Source of the DNA: the human T2T-CHM13v2.0 reference genome, Homo sapiens
Assembly: GCF_009914755.1 (NCBI RefSeq)
Contig: NC_060928.1
DNA length: 64,000 nt
Reading direction: 5' to 3' (one strand)
The first letter of the stretch is position 1; each line of letters begins with the position of its first letter. Of this stretch, positions 63,412 to 64,000 are shown piece after piece. The translations under genes were made by a program, and so were the position numbers. The notes beneath the pieces are model-generated. The model was not told the origin of the DNA. It saw nothing but the letters and a program-made list of their open reading frames with translations, and ran no database searches.

Positions 63412-63759
63412 GGCCGGGTGCAGTAGCTCCCACCTGTAAACCCAGCACTTTGGGAGGTCAAGGCAGGCAGACCACTTTAGGCTGGGAGTTCAAGACCAGC
63501 TTGGGCAGCATGGCGAAACCCTGTCTCTACTGAAAATACAAAAATTAACCTGGCATGGTGGTGCATGCTTGTAATCCTAGCTACTCAAGAGGCTGAGGTA
63601 TGTGAATCACTTGAACCTGAGATACAGAATTTGCAGTGAGCTGAGATCGCACCACTGCACTCCAGCCTGGGTGACAGAGCGAGACTCCTGTCTCCAAAAA
63701 AAAAAAAAAAAAGAAGAAGAAGAAGAAGAAAAGAAGAACAGAGAAAGAAAGAAAGAAAG
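63412..63759 (+). mobile_element. AluJ-like with A/(GAA)n tail
   Basis: Full dimer, 'ccagcttgggcagcatgg' J-type; tail expanded into GAA/GAAA repeats. Confidence 0.92.
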
Positions 63760-64000
63760 AGTCCCTCCTTTGTGTCTCAGTCCTTCTTATTTAAGCAGTT
63801 TCCAGCCAAAACCCCAAGGTGGTTGTCCTAAGCTCCCCTCTCAAGGCTAGGAAAGAGAAAAAGGGAGATGGGGTTGGTCTGCAGCTAATAGGCATGGGAA
63901 ACAGGAAGTCAAAGGCATTATTTGGTGAAAAGAGAGACTTGGAGGAAAGCTACAATCCAAAGCACCACATACACGGGGGGCTGGCAGGCTCCCAATCCCA

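Overview
Primate (human-like) non-coding genomic DNA. By my rough tally more than half is interspersed repeat. There is no intact protein-coding gene, RNA gene, CpG island or CRISPR array. It holds two decayed full-length L1s (15722-21869, L1PA6-like; 33037-39559, L1PA7-like), a twin-primed inverted L1 (6247-9640), truncated L1PB/L1PA/L1M pieces, six Alus, MaLR/ERV LTRs (several with visible TSDs), MIR/L2 relics and hAT/TcMar DNA-transposon relics. All recognisable protein-like ORFs in the track are L1 or transposase debris; the two long ORFs at 14.5-15.3 kb are low-complexity artefacts. The most unusual signal: the inverted L1 and the neighbouring full-length L1, which have different TSDs and flanks, share the same ORF2 nonsense codon, the same 1-bp deletion and many other non-consensus bases on both sides of the inversion. 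The third L1 shares further variants in a mosaic pattern. This suggests local gene conversion or local trans-mobilisation of a dead L1. Other oddities: a 220-bp dispersed duplication, a ~60-bp polyadenylated insert in an LTR, an in-frame 84-bp ORF1 duplication, a triplicated target site, several fold-back mutations and a forkhead-site hairpin. Repeat subfamily names and consensus comparisons are from memory, not from a search; boundaries of old repeats are approximate.
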